This document shows positions 57,639 through 60,358 of a DNA stretch of 60,358 nucleotides, piece by piece. The DNA comes from Pseudomonadota bacterium (GTDB taxonomy: Bacteria; Pseudomonadota; Alphaproteobacteria; RF32; CAG-239). Within the stretch, counting starts at the first letter, position 1. Every line of letters begins with the position of its first letter. Location of the stretch: positions 1-60,358 of the forward strand of contig JAUNIW010000004.1 in the NCBI GenBank assembly GCA_030523245.1, given 5' to 3'. The notes under the pieces were generated by a model. It worked only from the letters and a program-made list of their open reading frames with translations. It was not told the origin of the DNA and made no database searches. Both the position numbers and the translations under genes were made by a program.

Positions 57639-58076
57639 TTACAAATCCTTTTTCATTTTCATAAAAGTAATACCTTGTTCTTCAAAGGTATCACCTTCGG
57701 CACGGTAGCCTATTTTTTCGTAGAAAGCGACAACAGAGAGCATGGCATGCATGACAATTTGCGAATATCCGGCTTCTCTGGCGCGGTTTTCCGCATATTT
57801 TACCAGCTCGCGGCCAACGCCTTCTCCTTGATAAACAGTGTCAACGGCCACCTGCATTAACCGGATTATTTCATTATCAACAGGTGCCAGAATCAGTCCG
57901 CCGACAAGTTTATCGTCCAATTGTTCTACACAACCTATGTGAAGATAACCGGCTTCTTTGTCACGGAACGAATCGAGAAATTTCAATCCCAGCGGTTCTA
58001 ATAATATTTTATACCGCAGCTCCACCAGTTCGTTGTAACGAGATGACCCGAAATCAATATCAATCATTTTACGCAT
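57639..58076 (-). CDS. GNAT family N-acetyltransferase
   Basis: Acetyl-CoA motif (QVAVDTVYQGEGVGRELV). ATG at 58076 is 9 nt after AAGGAA. The ORF extends to 58103. Confidence 0.85.
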   Translation of the reverse strand: MRKMIDIDFGSSRYNELVELRYKILLEPLGLKFLDSFRDKEAGYLHIGCVEQLDDKLVGGLILAPVDNEIIRLMQVAVDTVYQGEGVGRELVKYAENRAREAGYSQIVMHAMLSVVAFYEKIGYRAEGDTFEEQGITFMKMKKDL

Positions 58077-58189
58077 GGTATGCATTCCTTTCTTTTTTAA
58101 CAATTAAAGCATATTTTTAGTGTCTTGACAATAATTATTGATTAAAACAAAAAAATAAATTATCTTGGCGGCAGAAAAAAGGAGAAATT

Positions 58190-59992
58190 ATGTCTGATTT
58201 AAGTTTAATCCGCAATTTTGCCATTATTGCCCATATCGACCACGGAAAGTCGACAATAGCTGACCGTCTGATTGAATTCTGCGGCGGATTGCAACAACGG
58301 GAAATGACGGAGCAGGTTCTGGATTCCATGGATATCGAGAAAGAACGCGGTATCACGATTAAAGCGCAAACCGTGCGGTTAAACTATCAGGCTAAAGACG
58401 GTAAAAATTATCAACTGAATTTAATTGATACGCCGGGACATGTCGATTTTACCTATGAAGTGTCACGTTCTCTGGCGTCTTGCGAAGGTTCTGTATTGGT
58501 TGTGGATGCAACTCAGGGCGTAGAAGCGCAGACTTTGGCGAATGTTTATCTGGCACTGGACAATAATCATGAGATTGTAACGGCTCTCAATAAAATTGAT
58601 TTGCCGTCGGCTGATGCCGAAAGAGTTAAACAGCAAATAGAAGATGTTATCGGGCTTGATGCTTCTGATGCAATTGAAGTTTCGGGAAAAACAGGACAGG
58701 GAATAGATAATCTTTTGGAAGCCGTTGTCCATAAGTTGCCGGCACCGTCCGGTGACGAACATGCGCCGTTAAAAGCATTGTTGATTGACAGCTGGTATGA
58801 TTCATATCTGGGTGTTATCATTTTGGTGCGGGTTAAAGACGGTGTACTGCGCAAAAAACAGAATATCCGTATGATGTCACACGGCGCAGATTATGTGATT
58901 GATAAAATAGGAATTTTTACGCCAAAAATGAAAGATGTAGAGGCGCTTTATCCCGGTGAAGTCGGTTTTATTACCGCCAGTATCAAAAGTGTGGAAGACT
59001 GTAAGGTGGGAGATACGATTACGGATAATAAATTTCCGTGTGCCGAGCCTCTTGCCGGTTTTAAACCGTCTGTATCGGTGGTCTTTTGCTCGATATTTCC
59101 GGTTGACAGCAGTCAATACGGCTTATTGAAAGATGCTTTGGCAAAATTAAAACTGAATGATGCCAGCATTAACTATCAGCCGGAAAATTCTACGGCTTTG
59201 GGACAGGGATTCCGCTGCGGCTTTTTAGGTTTGCTGCATATGGATATTATTCAGGAACGAATCGGGCGAGAATTTGACTTGGATATTATTACGACAGCGC
59301 CGTCCGTTGCCTATAAAATTTATTTGACGAACGGAACACAGCTTATGCTGCATAATCCTGCCGATATGCCGGATGTTTCAACGATTAAGCTGATTGAGGA
59401 ACCGATGGTGCAGGCGACGATTATGGTGCCGGATACGTATCTGGGATCGGTTCTGAAACTTTGTACGGAACGTCGCGGCGAACAGGAAGATTTAACCTAT
59501 GTCGGCAATCGGGCTATGGTTGTATATAAAATTCCGCTGAGCGAGATTGTTTTTGATTTTTATGACCGGTTGAAATCTATTACCAGCGGTTATGCCAGTT
59601 TTAATTATGAACTTATCGGTTATGCGCCGTCCGATTTGGTAAAAGTTCAGATTTTAATCAATGAAGAACCGGTGGATGCTTTGTCTTTTTTGTGTCATCG
59701 TTCGGAGGCCGAGGCGCGCGGCCGGCAAATTTGCGGCCGGTTGAAAGATTTGATACCGAAGCATTTGTTTAAAATTCCGTTGCAGGCGGCTATCGGCGGC
59801 CGCATTGTTGCCCGTGAAACGATATCTGCTTTGCGTAAAGACGTAACGGCAAAATGTTACGGCGGTGATATTACGCGTAAACGCAAGCTTCTGGATAATC
59901 AAAAGAAAGGTAAACAGCGTATGCGGCAGTTCGGAAAAGTGGAGGTACCGCAGTCAGCCTTTATTGAAGCTCTGCGAATCGGTGATAATTAG
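58190..59992 (+). CDS. lepA: elongation factor 4
   Basis: [24 protein letters not shown] and NKID GTPase motifs, plus the LepA-specific C-terminal domain. Confidence 0.97.
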   Translation: MSDLSLIRNFAIIAHIDHGKSTIADRLIEFCGGLQQREMTEQVLDSMDIEKERGITIKAQTVRLNYQAKDGKNYQLNLIDTPGHVDFTYEVSRSLASCEGSVLVVDATQGVEAQTLANVYLALDNNHEIVTALNKIDLPSADAERVKQQIEDVIGLDASDAIEVSGKTGQGIDNLLEAVVHKLPAPSGDEHAPLKALLIDSWYDSYLGVIILVRVKDGVLRKKQNIRMMSHGADYVIDKIGIFTPKMKDVEALYPGEVGFITASIKSVEDCKVGDTITDNKFPCAEPLAGFKPSVSVVFCSIFPVDSSQYGLLKDALAKLKLNDASINYQPENSTALGQGFRCGFLGLLHMDIIQERIGREFDLDIITTAPSVAYKIYLTNGTQLMLHNPADMPDVSTIKLIEEPMVQATIMVPDTYLGSVLKLCTERRGEQEDLTYVGNRAMVVYKIPLSEIVFDFYDRLKSITSGYASFNYELIGYAPSDLVKVQILINEEPVDALSFLCHRSEAEARGRQICGRLKDLIPKHLFKIPLQAAIGGRIVARETISALRKDVTAKCYGGDITRKRKLLDNQKKGKQRMRQFGKVEVPQSAFIEALRIGDN

Positions 59993-60025
59993 AAATTCGG
60001 GCAGGTTGAAGCGATTTCGTTTTTT
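59992..60025 (+). terminator. possible lepA terminator
   Basis: GAAAT(T)CG-N12-CGATTTC hairpin (7 bp, one bulge) followed by GTTTTTT. Confidence 0.4.
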
Positions 60026-60358
60026 ATAAGGCGGGAATGTGAATTTTGTGTTCTTCATCTATAAAGTCTTTTGTCATTTTAGAGAGGCGCGGATTTTCAA
60101 CGGTAAGACCTTTTGCTATGTTTTGCAGGTCATTTTTATATTCTTTTTGCCTTTCTTCATAAGCCTCATCGACGGTTTGTGCCGCTATTGTTGTTTTTTC
60201 GGGAGCGGGCGCAGGAGCATGGGCGGTTGACTTCTGTTGTGTTTGCTTAGCAGGCGTATCATCGGCGGAAATCGTGCCGAAAGAAACAGGCGGATGGTCG
60301 GCCGTTGTTGTTACCGGTTTTGAAACGGGTTGTATGGCCGCCGGTTCCGGAACAGGTT
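60024..60358 (-). CDS. hypothetical protein, C-terminal fragment (gene continues beyond the window)
   Basis: The frame stays open from the window edge to the TAA at 60026-60024. It translates to a Pro/Ala/Thr-rich linker, then ...TVDEAYEERQKEYKNDLQNIAKGLTVENPRLSKMTKDFIDEEHKIHIPAL. The antisense plus-strand ORF 60039-60230 looks like a shadow. Confidence 0.4.
   Translation of the reverse strand, partial: PVPEPAAIQPVSKPVTTTADHPPVSFGTISADDTPAKQTQQKSTAHAPAPAPEKTTIAAQTVDEAYEERQKEYKNDLQNIAKGLTVENPRLSKMTKDFIDEEHKIHIPAL

Noticed and set aside
60039-60230. 63-aa plus-strand ORF after lepA
   Set aside because: Its translation is Phe/Cys-rich junk, and it is codon-aligned antisense to a more plausible open minus-strand frame that runs off the window edge.
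1-60358. Search for CRISPR arrays, IS elements, integrases, prophage, toxin-antitoxin pairs, restriction-modification or other defence islands
   Set aside because: I saw no spaced direct-repeat arrays, no transposase, integrase or reverse-transcriptase-like ORFs, and no terminal inverted repeats. The GNAT gene (57639-58076) has no RHH/DUF1778-type antitoxin partner, so it is treated as an ordinary acetyltransferase. This conclusion rests on visual inspection only.

Overview
This is a dense chromosomal segment with about 60 protein genes and two tRNAs: tRNA-Thr(CGU) at 71-146 and tRNA-Pro(UGG) at 16842-16918, both on the minus strand. I see no rRNA, no CRISPR array, and no transposase, integrase or phage genes. 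Most genes are housekeeping: alaS, secA, serS, lepA, accA, lexA, map, RNase J, radC, ackA-pta, a MurC/Mpl-type ligase with an LD-carboxypeptidase, tandem MlaD-like proteins with DUF2155, a Gld-like ABC-2 exporter, a YejA/YejB-like importer fragment, an EptA-type phosphoethanolamine transferase, TspO and an MscK-like channel. A GTTC-N7-GTTC box upstream of lexA and the DUF2155/MlaD arrangement suggest a moderately low-GC alphaproteobacterium; this is inference only. I did not find a convincing new multi-gene system such as a defence island, retron or secretion system. The most unusual observations are listed here. (1) Downstream of tRNA-Pro, an exact 30-nt duplicated terminator and a tRNA 3'-end fragment bracket a GC-rich, four-helix, non-coding element, which is either an unannotated small RNA or an att scar. 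(2) The same MerR-type 19-bp-spacer promoter/operator occurs in front of two unrelated genes, with no MerR gene in the window. (3) An Asd/USG-1-like protein appears to lack its catalytic residues. (4) A GT2 glycosyltransferase is split by a 1-nt frameshift in a homopolymer tract. (5) Two membrane-anchored paralogues share a C-x-C-x4-C tail, and one is translationally coupled to secA. (6) A tightly overlapping operon of poorly characterised hydrolases follows serS. (7) An LD-carboxypeptidase has Cys at the expected nucleophile Ser position. (8) A 19-bp hairpin between rnj and map acts as a terminator, sequesters the map Shine-Dalgarno (SD) sequence and carries a promoter-like element in its loop. 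All functional calls come from reading motifs by eye and need a database search to confirm.
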